Positions 24,180-32,000 of a stretch of 32,000 nt of DNA are shown in pieces. Within the stretch, counting starts at the first letter, position 1; each line of letters begins with the position of its first letter. The notes beneath the pieces are model-generated. The model searched no databases. It had not been told where the DNA came from and worked only from the letters and a program-made list of their open reading frames with translations. Position numbers and translations under genes: made by a program. The stretch comes from Kineococcus radiotolerans SRS30216 = ATCC BAA-149 (GTDB lineage Bacteria > Actinomycetota > Actinomycetes > Actinomycetales > Kineococcaceae): assembly GCF_000017305.1 (NCBI RefSeq), contig NC_009664.2, positions 60,001-92,000 on the forward strand, written 5' to 3'.

Positions 24180-24962
24180 ATGCCTACGAACGAGGAACTC
24201 CTCGACCTCCTGGTCACCACCCTGCCGACCGCGGCGGCACGCGTCACCCGCCCCGAGCGGCGCTTCACCACCGCACCCGAACTGACCGTGGCCCTGGCCG
24301 CCAACGACGACGCCGTCACCGCGAGCCTGCGCCCCGTCCTGCTCGCTGCCCTGCCCGGTTCGCAGTGGACCGCCGAGGAGCACGGTGCGGGTCCGATGCC
24401 GGCCGGTGACTGGTGGGTCATCGACCCGGTCGGGGGGAACCTCAACGCGATCCAGGGAACGCCGGACTGGAACATCGGTGTGAGCCTGGTCCGCGACGGC
24501 GACGTGGTTCTCGCGGCGCTGCACGCGCCGGCCGTCTCGGAGATGTTCACCGCCCTCAACGGCGCCGGCGCCACCCTCAACGGCGCCTCCCTGACCGTCT
24601 CGGCGAAGACCGAACTCGCCCTCGCCCTGACCGGCACCGGCCAGGCCCGCCCCAGCACCGACCCCACCCGCGCCGACCTGCGCGGGCGAGCCATCGCCGC
24701 GATGATGCGCAGCGCCCTGTCGGTGCGCCAGTCGATCCCGGTCGGGCAGCACCTCACCCACGTCGCCGCCGGTCGCGCCGACGTGCACTGGCAGTTCGAG
24801 AACCTGCGCTCGCACATCGCCCCCGTGCTCATCGCCCGAGAAGCCGGAGCCACGGTCACCGACCTGGACGGTGCGCCCTGGGCGATCACCAGCGAGGGGT
24901 ACGTCGCCGCTGCTCCCGGCGTGCACGCCGCTGCCCTGACGATCCTGGGTTCGCTGCGATGA
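24180..24962 (+). CDS. inositol-monophosphatase-fold protein with degenerate metal-binding motifs
   Basis: Overall IMPase/SuhB-like layout (WWVIDPVGGNLNA..., ...HVAAGRADVHWQFENLRSHIAPVLIAREAGATVTDLDG). GGTGGAG lies upstream of the ATG. See the finding on lost catalytic Asp residues. Confidence 0.7.
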   Translation: MPTNEELLDLLVTTLPTAAARVTRPERRFTTAPELTVALAANDDAVTASLRPVLLAALPGSQWTAEEHGAGPMPAGDWWVIDPVGGNLNAIQGTPDWNIGVSLVRDGDVVLAALHAPAVSEMFTALNGAGATLNGASLTVSAKTELALALTGTGQARPSTDPTRADLRGRAIAAMMRSALSVRQSIPVGQHLTHVAAGRADVHWQFENLRSHIAPVLIAREAGATVTDLDGAPWAITSEGYVAAAPGVHAAALTILGSLR

Positions 24963-25597
24963 CCCCCGCACCGACCCCTGCGCCGCTGCAGATCGCCGTG
25001 CTGGGCGCCTCGGGCGCCACGGGTCTGCACCTCGTCCGCCAGGCCCTGGAGCGCGGGCACACCGTGGTGGCCGTTGCTCGTCGCCTCGAGCGGATCGGCA
25101 TCGGCGACCAGCCGCGGCTCCTGCGCCGAGCAGCAGACGCCACCGACCCGCGGAGCGTCGCCGAGGCGTTGCGCGACAGCCCGGTCGTGGTCTCCGGACT
25201 CGGAGCGGTCGGCAAGGAGCGGGGCGTGCTGACCGCCGGGGCCCGCGCGGTCGTCGCCGCGCGCCCCGAGCGGGTGGTCTGGCTGGGGGCCTTCGGCACC
25301 GGCCCTTCGGCCACCGCCGCCGGCCCCCTCACCCGGAACCTGCTCCGGGTGGTGCTGCGCGCGGAGGTCGAGGACAAGGTGAGCGCCGACACCCTCGTCC
25401 TGGCGGCCGGTGGAACGGTGGTCCACGCCGGTCCGCTGACCAACGGCCCGGGCGGCGCATCCCCGCGGGCGGTAGCCCTGGAGCGGGCCCCTCGACGGTT
25501 CTTCCCCGCTCCCATCAGCCGGGCGAGCGTCGCCGCGGTCATGCTCGATGCCGCGGAGTCGAGCGTCAGCGGCGTCATCGTCCCGCTCGACGGCTGA
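24959..25597 (+). CDS. NAD(P)H-binding (NmrA/atypical-SDR-like) protein
   Basis: IAVLGASGATGLHLVRQALERGHTVVAVAR is a Rossmann motif. 212 aa. The ATG overlaps the upstream stop (ATGA at 24959-24962). Confidence 0.7.
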   Translation: MTPAPTPAPLQIAVLGASGATGLHLVRQALERGHTVVAVARRLERIGIGDQPRLLRRAADATDPRSVAEALRDSPVVVSGLGAVGKERGVLTAGARAVVAARPERVVWLGAFGTGPSATAAGPLTRNLLRVVLRAEVEDKVSADTLVLAAGGTVVHAGPLTNGPGGASPRAVALERAPRRFFPAPISRASVAAVMLDAAESSVSGVIVPLDG

Positions 25598-26090
25598 GGC
25601 ACCGCGAACCGGCGGTCGACCTCACCTGCGGGAGCGCCGCTGGGCAGTGCCCCCACTTCGAGCTCGTACCGCGTGCGCAGCGGAGGTGCCGGCTGGTGCG
25701 GTGACGACGGTGCCGGCCGACGGCCAGCCGTTCAGTCGCGTCGGCATCGACGACGAGCAGATCGCTGTCGATGAGCGCGGCCGGACCACGGGCTACCACG
25801 CCTTCGTGGGCGAGGGCTGCCGGATCCTGCACCGCTGGCCAACAACTCACAGCGAGCTGACAGCCGGGCCAGGACGCCACCGACCGTGAACTCCAGCTCT
25901 CGCGGTCGTGGGACGCGGAGGCCGGGCCCCGATCACCGGCTCGCGGTGCGCGCAGCCTGAGGTCCTCGTTGCGGCAGGATCGACGAGCGGCGCGACGGCT
26001 CGCTCTCAACGCGGCCCGGTTGCCTGAGCGGTGCGGGGACAGCACCTCGGATCGGCCTGCTCGACTCCCCTGGACATCGGCGACCCACGT

Positions 26091-26108
26091 GGCCCACCCA
26101 CGTGGGCC
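26091..26108 (-). terminator. small GC hairpin downstream of the eda operon
   Basis: GGCCCAC-CCAC-GTGGGCC: 7-bp stem, 4-nt loop. It is the second of two tandem hairpins after the operon's last stop codon. Confidence 0.35.
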
Positions 26109-26122
26109 CGGTGCTCGACGCC

Positions 26123-26158
26123 GTCTCCCGGGCAGGTCGATCCACCTGCCCGGGAGAC
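26123..26158 (-). terminator. strong hairpin immediately after the eda stop codon (candidate intrinsic, possibly bidirectional, terminator)
   Basis: GTCTCCCGGGCAGGT (26123-26137) pairs perfectly with ACCTGCCCGGGAGAC (26144-26158) around a 6-nt loop. It starts 5 nt beyond the stop codon at 26163-26165. No U-tract. Confidence 0.6.
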
Positions 26159-26162
26159 CGGG

Positions 26163-26789
26163 TCACGCTCCCAGTGCCACCCGCGCGCCCTGCACCGCCT
26201 CGGTGGCCAGGGTCGTGACGTCGTGCCAGCGCTCTTCGCGGAGCAACTGCGGGGCGACCATCCAGCTCCCGCTGATGGCCGGGACGCAGGACAGGGCGAG
26301 GTAGTCGTTCATGGTGGCGGCGCTAACCCCTCCAGATGGCATGAACCGCATCTGCGGGAACGGCGCGGCGAGAGCCGCGATGTGCGCGGGCCCGCCGAGC
26401 AGGGCCGCGGGGAAGACCTTGACCTCCGTCACGTCCGCTGCCGCGCACACCATGAGATCGCTGGCTGAGGAGGTGCCGGGTACAGCGGGGACCCCACGCT
26501 GCGCGGACTGCTGCAGGACGGCGGCGGAGGTTCCAGGACTGACGACGAACTCCGCTCCCGCGTCGACGACAGCGTCGACGTGCTCGGGGGTCACGACGGA
26601 TCCCGCTCCCACCAGCATCTCGTCCAGGCCGGCCAGGGCTTCGATGCCGGGGAGACCGGCGGCGGTGCGCAGGGTCACCTCGATGACGTCGATCCCCCCG
26701 GCCAGCAGCGCTCGCGCCAGGGGGAGGGCCTGGTCGGCGCGGTCCAGCACCACCACCGGAACCACTGGGCACCTGTCGAGAACATTCAC
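26163..26789 (-). CDS. eda: 2-dehydro-3-deoxy-phosphogluconate / 4-hydroxy-2-oxoglutarate aldolase
   Basis: PVVPVVVLDRADQALPLARALLAGGIDVIEVTLRT, VSPG, and VKVFPA (Schiff-base Lys context), then MPSGGV. The GTG at 26789 overlaps the kdgK stop (GTGA). The rest of the 574-aa ORF-track entry is an out-of-frame shadow. Confidence 0.85.
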   Translation of the reverse strand: MNVLDRCPVVPVVVLDRADQALPLARALLAGGIDVIEVTLRTAAGLPGIEALAGLDEMLVGAGSVVTPEHVDAVVDAGAEFVVSPGTSAAVLQQSAQRGVPAVPGTSSASDLMVCAAADVTEVKVFPAALLGGPAHIAALAAPFPQMRFMPSGGVSAATMNDYLALSCVPAISGSWMVAPQLLREERWHDVTTLATEAVQGARVALGA

Positions 26790-27820
26790 CGCTGTACCTC
26801 CATGCTCGGTCGTGTCGTTCGCGGTCCGCCCACGTTGGACCGACCCCGCTCGAGGAGGTCGGCGAGCTCGTCGCGGGTGGGAGCGCCTTCCCAGTCCCCC
26901 GGCACCTGACAGACGGCACCGCCGGCGGCGTTGCCCTGGGCCAGGGACCGCGGCACGTCCTGCCCGGCGAGCCGGGCGGCCAGAAAACCGGCGACGAAGG
27001 CGTCCCCGGCGCCCACCGTGTCGACCGCGTCCACCGGGTGGGTGGGTGCCACCCAGACCCGGCCGCCCTGCGCCGCGACGGATCCCAGTGCACCGAGCTT
27101 GACGACGACGGTGCCGGCGCCGAGCTCGCACAACCGGCGGGCGCACGCGGCGGCGGCGTCGGGGTCGGTGGGTACGGGGTGGTTCTCCGTCCCCGCTCCG
27201 GCTCCGGTCAGCAGCATCGCGGCCTCCTCGGGACCGGCGAAGAGCACGTCGGCCCGCGCCGCCGTGCCGGCCAGCACCGGTCCGGCCTCCTGCGCCGACC
27301 ACAGGGCCGTGCGGTGGTTGACGTCGAAGGAGACCTCGGTGCCCGCCGAGCGGGCCAGTTCCACGGCCCGTTCGACGGCGGCGGCCGGGCCCGGGCCCAG
27401 GGCGGGGGTGATGCCGCTCAGGTGCACCACGTCGGCGGCGGTGATCCGGGCGGAGACGGCGTCGACGTGGGCGGGGGTGAGCCGCGACGCGGCGCTGCCG
27501 GCGCGCTGGTAGCGGACGCGCCGCGGGCGTCCTGCGTGCAGTTCCTTCAGCATGGACCCGGTGGGGGCGACGGCGTCGACGTCGACGAGGACCTCGACCC
27601 CCTCGGCGCGCAGTTCCCGGGTGATGAGGCGACCGTAGGCGTCGTCCCCGACCCGGCTGACCCAGGCCGTGGGGACGCCGAGGCGGGCGAGTCCGATGGC
27701 CGTGTTGGACTCCGCTCCACCGAGTCCGACGGTGAGGCTGCCACCGAGGGTGAGGCGGCCGGAGGCGGGCGTGGTGAGCAGGGCCATCGTCTCGCCCAGG
27801 GTGAGGACGCGGGCGCTCAC
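26786..27820 (-). CDS. kdgK: 2-dehydro-3-deoxygluconokinase (PfkB family)
   Basis: LTLGETMALL....GGAESNTAIGLARLGVPTAWVSRVGDDAYG and C-terminal DTVGAGDAFVAGFL. Located between eda and dehydrogenase genes. Confidence 0.8.
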   Translation of the reverse strand: MSARVLTLGETMALLTTPASGRLTLGGSLTVGLGGAESNTAIGLARLGVPTAWVSRVGDDAYGRLITRELRAEGVEVLVDVDAVAPTGSMLKELHAGRPRRVRYQRAGSAASRLTPAHVDAVSARITAADVVHLSGITPALGPGPAAAVERAVELARSAGTEVSFDVNHRTALWSAQEAGPVLAGTAARADVLFAGPEEAAMLLTGAGAGTENHPVPTDPDAAAACARRLCELGAGTVVVKLGALGSVAAQGGRVWVAPTHPVDAVDTVGAGDAFVAGFLAARLAGQDVPRSLAQGNAAGGAVCQVPGDWEGAPTRDELADLLERGRSNVGGPRTTRPSMEVQR

Positions 27821-28866
27821 GACGCGTCCTCGACCGGCTTGCCGTCGAGGCGCAGCACCACCTTGCTGCTGCCGCTGGAGCGGTCACCCATCACCGCGAA
27901 CGCCTCCGCCGCATCGGCCATGGCGAAGCGGTGACTGACCACGGGCATGACGTCGAGGCCCTCAGCCAGAGCGACCAGCGCGTCGTCGATCTCCTCCACG
28001 AACCGGTAGGACCCGATCCAGGTGATCTCGCGAGTGACGAGGTCACCCAGGACGGCCTGCACCGCACCACCGGGGAGGTTTCCGACCTGCACGAGCGTGC
28101 CCCCGCGAGCGGTGGCCCGCAGGACCCCGCCGAGAGCGGCAGCCGCTCCGCTGGCCTCGAAGACGAGTTCGACGTCGGCCGGCAGCACCGCACCGGCCGA
28201 GAGGTCCAGCACGCTCCGCGCCCCCATGGCCGCAGCCACCCGCAGGGCAGCGGGTGAGACGTCGGCGGCCGTCACGCTCGCGGCGCCGGCGTGCACGGCC
28301 GCGGCGACGACGAGGGATCCGATGGGGCCCGCACCGTTGACGAGCACGTCGCGGCCGGCGAGCGACCCGGCGCGGCCGACGGCGTGCATGGCCACGGCCA
28401 GCGGTTCGGCCAGGGCGCCGCGCAGGGTGTCGACCCCCTCGGGCAGGAACCGCAGCTGGTCCGAGCGCACGGTGCGGAACTGGCTGAAGCCCCCGTCGGT
28501 GTGAGGGTCGAACGCCGCGGAGCCGAAGTAGCGCACCTGCGGCCACAGGTTGGTGCGCCCGGCGATGCGGGCGGGGAGGTCCCCCTCCCCCACCAGGGTG
28601 GCCGGGTGGACGGTGACGGCTCGTCCGACCTCCACGCCGGTGACGTCCGGGCCGAGTGCCGCGACCGTTCCGGCGACTTCGTGCCCCAGGACGAGGGGGT
28701 GCTCGAGCTGCGCGGTGCCGGAGGCTCCGTGGCGCCAGTAGGCCAGGTCGGAACCGCAGATCCCGCCCCACTCCAGGGCCAGCAGCACCTCACCCGGACC
28801 TGGCTGCGGGTCGGGTCGCTCCTCGACGCGGAGATCACCGGCACCGTGGACGACGACGGCCCTCAC
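27817..28866 (-). CDS. Zn-dependent medium-chain dehydrogenase (L-idonate/L-gulonate 5-dehydrogenase-like)
   Basis: EWGGICGSDLAYWRHG....HPLVLGHEVAG (catalytic Zn ligands) and a GAGPIG Rossmann motif. Stop/start overlaps on both sides. Confidence 0.75.
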   Translation of the reverse strand: MRAVVVHGAGDLRVEERPDPQPGPGEVLLALEWGGICGSDLAYWRHGASGTAQLEHPLVLGHEVAGTVAALGPDVTGVEVGRAVTVHPATLVGEGDLPARIAGRTNLWPQVRYFGSAAFDPHTDGGFSQFRTVRSDQLRFLPEGVDTLRGALAEPLAVAMHAVGRAGSLAGRDVLVNGAGPIGSLVVAAAVHAGAASVTAADVSPAALRVAAAMGARSVLDLSAGAVLPADVELVFEASGAAAALGGVLRATARGGTLVQVGNLPGGAVQAVLGDLVTREITWIGSYRFVEEIDDALVALAEGLDVMPVVSHRFAMADAAEAFAVMGDRSSGSSKVVLRLDGKPVEDAS

Positions 28867-30257
28867 GCGGCGTCCTGGACGGCGACGAGGTCACGCCCGC
28901 GGGTCTCCGGGGCGAGCCGGGTGGCGACCAGGGTGATGGCGGAGTAGAAGACGAGCATGGCGGCGATGGGCCACCAGCTGCCGGTGGCGGCGGTCAGGCC
29001 GGCGGCGACCACGGGACCGGCAGCGGTGGTGAGGATGCCGCCGATCTCCTTGGCCAGCGCGAGCTGGGTGAAGCGGGTGCGGGAGCCGAACAGTTCGGCC
29101 ATGGTGACGCTCTCGAGGGAGAAGAGCGCGAGGACACCCAGGTTGAGCAGCAGGGCCATGCCGACGATGACCTGGGCCTTGCCGCCGGAGGTGATCAGCT
29201 GCATGAGGGGGAACGCCGCGATCATCGTGATGATCGTGAAGGCGGTGTAGAGCGGGCGACGGCCGAACCGGTCCCCCAGCAGAGCCACCACCGGGACGGT
29301 GACGAATCCGAACGCGGAACCGATGAGCAGGGCGTCGGTCGGGATCGAGCGGTCCACCAGGAGGGTGGTCGCCAGGTAGCCGACCAGGAAGGTCTGGACC
29401 AGACCGGAGTTGCCCGCCTGTCCCAGCCGCAGGCCCAGGGCGAGGAAGAAGGATCGGCCCTTGGGTTGCTTCAAGCCCGCTTCCAGGGCGCTCTCCCCCG
29501 CCGCGGCGGCCTGGGCCAGTGCTTCGTCCTTGCTGAGCGCGACGCCGTCCACGACGTCGGCGCGTTCTTCGAAGACCGGGCTCTCCTTGAGGTTGCGACG
29601 CATCCACAGGGTCAGCAGCAGCAGGACGAAGCTCAGCAGGAACGGCAGGCGCCATCCCCAGGACAGCAACTGCTCCTCGGTGAGCACCGCGAGCAGGATG
29701 GCCCAGATACCGGTCGCGGCGAGGGTTCCCGTGTTGGTGCCCAGGCTGACCAGGGAGGAGATGAGACCACGGCGACGGGCCGGGGCGTACTCGGCCAGCA
29801 TGACGGTGGCTCCGGCGATCTCCGCCCCGGCTCCGAAGCCCTGCACCAGGCGCAGCGCGACGAGCATGATGGGCGCCCAGATGCCGACCATGGCGTACGT
29901 GGGTAAGACACCGATCAGCGTGGTGGAGACGCCCATCATCGCGATGGTGATGAGGAGGACCTTCTTGCGTCCGATCTTGTCGCCCTTGCGGCCGAAGTAG
30001 ATGGCCCCGGCCAGGCGGGCGACGTAGCCGACGCCGTAGGTGGCCATCGAGGCGACCAGGGCCACCGCGGGGTCGGAGTCGGGGAAGAAGATCTGGTTGA
30101 AGACGATGGCCGCGGCCAAGGAGTACAGCGCGAAGTCCATGAACTCCATCGCGGTACCGAGCCAGCCCGAGACGGCGGCCCGGGTGAGGTCCTTGGTGCT
30201 GCGGGTGGCTTCGGGAGCCGGCGCGGGCCGGGCTCCGGGGCTGGTCGTGTCCGACAT
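28863..30257 (-). CDS. MFS transporter, metabolite:H+ symporter (MHS) type
   Basis: 12 predicted hydrophobic spans. GWLGTAMEFMDFALYS and GAIYFGRKGDKIGRKK (MFS loop 2-3 motif). The ATG at 30257 has GGAG 8 nt upstream; the ORF-track start is GTG 30305. Confidence 0.8.
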   Translation of the reverse strand: MSDTTSPGARPAPAPEATRSTKDLTRAAVSGWLGTAMEFMDFALYSLAAAIVFNQIFFPDSDPAVALVASMATYGVGYVARLAGAIYFGRKGDKIGRKKVLLITIAMMGVSTTLIGVLPTYAMVGIWAPIMLVALRLVQGFGAGAEIAGATVMLAEYAPARRRGLISSLVSLGTNTGTLAATGIWAILLAVLTEEQLLSWGWRLPFLLSFVLLLLTLWMRRNLKESPVFEERADVVDGVALSKDEALAQAAAAGESALEAGLKQPKGRSFFLALGLRLGQAGNSGLVQTFLVGYLATTLLVDRSIPTDALLIGSAFGFVTVPVVALLGDRFGRRPLYTAFTIITMIAAFPLMQLITSGGKAQVIVGMALLLNLGVLALFSLESVTMAELFGSRTRFTQLALAKEIGGILTTAAGPVVAAGLTAATGSWWPIAAMLVFYSAITLVATRLAPETRGRDLVAVQDAA

Positions 30258-30356
30258 CGCGGGCTCCGTTGCGTCGTGTCGAGAGAGAGGTGAGGAGTGC
30301 CTCACGGCCTGGGTGCTGCGGGACGTGCTGCGGGAAGTGCTGCGAGGTGGTGCCGG

Positions 30357-31805
30357 TCAGAGCTCGACGACACCGCGTGCGAGGGCGGGTAGGTGACCGG
30401 CGACGGCGTCGACGAGGGCGTGGTCCTCGGCCAGGTCGTCGGCGCCGGCGGTGCGCAGCAGCCCAGCGACGACGGGGGGTCCACCGCGCTCGTGCGCCCA
30501 GCAGTCAGCCAGCGCCGCGGAGAGCGGGTCGGTCGTGCCGAACAGCTGCGCCTCGCCGTCGGGCCGGGTGGCGTGGGCCCACGCGGCCACCGCGGCGATG
30601 AGCACCGTCACCGGCTTTCGTGCCGCGCGCAGTTCACGCAGGGGGGTGAACCACCGTTCGGCGACCTTGGCGGCGCCGTCGTCGCCGATCTGGGTGAGCC
30701 GGTGGCGCACCCCGGGGTTGGCGAAGCGCTGCCCCAGGGCGTGGCAGTACTCCCGAACCTGCTCCTGAGGAACGGGCAGCGTCGGGGCGACCTCGCCCCC
30801 CAGCCGCTGCACCAGCGTCGAACCCCACCCGGTGGCCACGGCTTCGTCGACGGTGGCGCACCCCGCGGCGAGTCCGAGGTAGGCCAGGGCGCTGTGCGAG
30901 CCGTTGAGCAGCCGCAGCTTCATCAGCTGGTGCGGGGCGACGTCGTCGACGAACCGGGCCCCGGCGAGTTCCCAGGCCGGACGGGCGGCAGCGAAGTCGT
31001 CCTGCAGGACCCAGCTGCGGAACGGTTCACCCGCGACGGCGAGCTCGTCGCGGACCCCGAGGGCCTGCGCCGCCGAGTCCAGGACTCCCGGCGTGGCGGC
31101 GGGCACGATCTGGTCCACGACGGTGGAGGGGAACGTGACGGCGGTCTGGAGCCACTGCAGGACGGCACCGGCGTCCTGCCACCCGGACCGTTCGACGTAC
31201 TCACGCACGACGCGGGACGTCACCTCGCCGTTGCGGGCGAGGTTGTCGCAGGAGACGACCGTCAGCGGGGCACCGTTCGCGCGGAACCGGGCGTCGAGGG
31301 CCCGGGCCAGCAGCCCCACCGCGGTGGGCCGGCCGCCGGCCAGGTCGTCGGCGAGAGCGGGGTCGGTGACGTCCAGCCCTCCGCGGAGGTCGCGCCGGTA
31401 CCCCTTCTCGGTGACGGTGAGGGTGACGACGCTGGTCCCCGGGTCCAGCAGGAGCGAGGCGACGGCGTCGGGGTCCCACCCGCGGACGACGCCGGTGGTG
31501 GAGGCGACCACGCGGGGAACGCCCGGGTCGCCGCTGAGCTCGGTGACGGAGAACAGACCGTCCTGCTCGAGCAGGTGCGACGCGGTGGCCGCTGATCCGG
31601 GGACCACGACGACGGTGCCGACGGGGTCGGTCGAAGCGGCGGCCGCCGCTTCGGTGTACACGGCCTGGTGGGCGCGGTGGAAGGCACCGAAACCCACGTG
31701 CACGACGCCGGCGCGCAGCTGCCGGGGGTCGAGGAGGGGACGGGAGGCGGACGGCAGGGTCGCGAGCACGTCCAGCGAGAGCCGTGGCGTCGTTCGAGCG
31801 GTCAC
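30357..31805 (-). CDS. uxuB: mannitol-dehydrogenase-family oxidoreductase (fructuronate reductase / D-mannonate oxidoreductase-like)
   Basis: [26 protein letters not shown] and the long-chain MDH layout. 482 aa. The start overlaps the upstream stop. Confidence 0.75.
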   Translation of the reverse strand: MTARTTPRLSLDVLATLPSASRPLLDPRQLRAGVVHVGFGAFHRAHQAVYTEAAAAASTDPVGTVVVVPGSAATASHLLEQDGLFSVTELSGDPGVPRVVASTTGVVRGWDPDAVASLLLDPGTSVVTLTVTEKGYRRDLRGGLDVTDPALADDLAGGRPTAVGLLARALDARFRANGAPLTVVSCDNLARNGEVTSRVVREYVERSGWQDAGAVLQWLQTAVTFPSTVVDQIVPAATPGVLDSAAQALGVRDELAVAGEPFRSWVLQDDFAAARPAWELAGARFVDDVAPHQLMKLRLLNGSHSALAYLGLAAGCATVDEAVATGWGSTLVQRLGGEVAPTLPVPQEQVREYCHALGQRFANPGVRHRLTQIGDDGAAKVAERWFTPLRELRAARKPVTVLIAAVAAWAHATRPDGEAQLFGTTDPLSAALADCWAHERGGPPVVAGLLRTAGADDLAEDHALVDAVAGHLPALARGVVEL

Positions 31806-32000
31806 CAGTCGTGCACCGACCCGTCCAGGCGCCGGGCCACCGGGAGGTAGCGCGGTTCGTAGGGGAACTTGGCGGCCACCTCGTCGTCGTACTCGACGCC
31901 CAGGCCCGGGGCGGCGCTCACGTCCAGGCTTCCTCGGGTGAAGGTGGTCCCGGTGCGGAACACCTCCGTCGTCTCGGGGGCGAACTCCATGTACTCCTGG
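31802..32000 (-). CDS. manD: D-mannonate dehydratase of the enolase superfamily (ManD/RspA type), C-terminal end (5' part lies outside the window)
   Basis: ...[35 protein letters not shown] matches the characteristic ManD/RspA C-terminus (GLG.E.DE..A.K.PY....LPVAR..DG....W, from memory). The frame stays open to the window edge. Confidence 0.7.
   Translation of the reverse strand, partial: QEYMEFAPETTEVFRTGTTFTRGSLDVSAAPGLGVEYDDEVAAKFPYEPRYLPVARRLDGSVHDW

Noticed and set aside
25575-26045. 156-aa minus ORF and overlapping plus ORFs in the 25.6-26.1 kb gap
   Set aside because: The composition is Arg/Ser/Cys-rich, there is no RBS or family motif, and there are competing frames. At most this is a relic.
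26790-27887. Upstream 365 codons of the 574-aa minus ORF that ends as Eda
   Set aside because: It is out of frame with, and fully overlapped by, the well-supported kdgK gene. The sequence is an extreme Arg/Pro/Gly repeat. The GTG at 26789 with its GTGA overlap gives a normal-length Eda.

Overview
This is a very GC-rich window (by eye well above 70% G+C). It has strongly GC3-skewed codons, many GTG/TTG starts and frequent 4-nt stop/start overlaps, so it is most likely actinobacterial chromosome. All homology calls come from reading the ORF translations and from remembered family motifs; nothing was searched.

Content, left to right:
1. 1-6217: the tail of an amino-sugar/tagatose-6-P operon (NagA-like deacetylase, PfkB kinase, class II aldolase, a coupled unknown ORF, a DeoR regulator), followed by a secreted DUF4874/DUF4832-like putative glycanase.
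2. 6618-7755: a divergent SDR oxidoreductase / MerR regulator pair.
3. 7788-9545: a small decayed insertion patch holding an IS5-like transposase remnant, a Phd/YefM-VapC toxin-antitoxin pair and a multiply frameshifted DUF1524/HNH-type nuclease remnant.
4. 9719-20847: a GntR(FadR-type)-controlled sugar-uptake locus. It is built around two cytoplasmic paralogues with GH42-like architecture (GHL6-type, uncharacterised as far as I know), a CUT1-type ABC importer without its ATPase, and a hydroxypyruvate-isomerase / D-2-hydroxyacid-dehydrogenase / tartronate-semialdehyde-reductase-like trio.
5. 21290-25597: miscellaneous genes (SAM methyltransferase, VOC/glyoxalase, LysR regulator, a degenerate IMPase-fold protein coupled to an NAD(P)-binding protein).
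6. 26163-32000: a ManD/UxuB/Zn-ADH/KdgK/Eda acid-sugar operon resembling the L-gulonate route.

No rRNA, tRNA, CRISPR array or intact mobile element was recognised. The best candidate for something undescribed is the GHL6-type locus. The remaining findings are regulatory sites, repeats, unassigned gaps and degenerate active sites.
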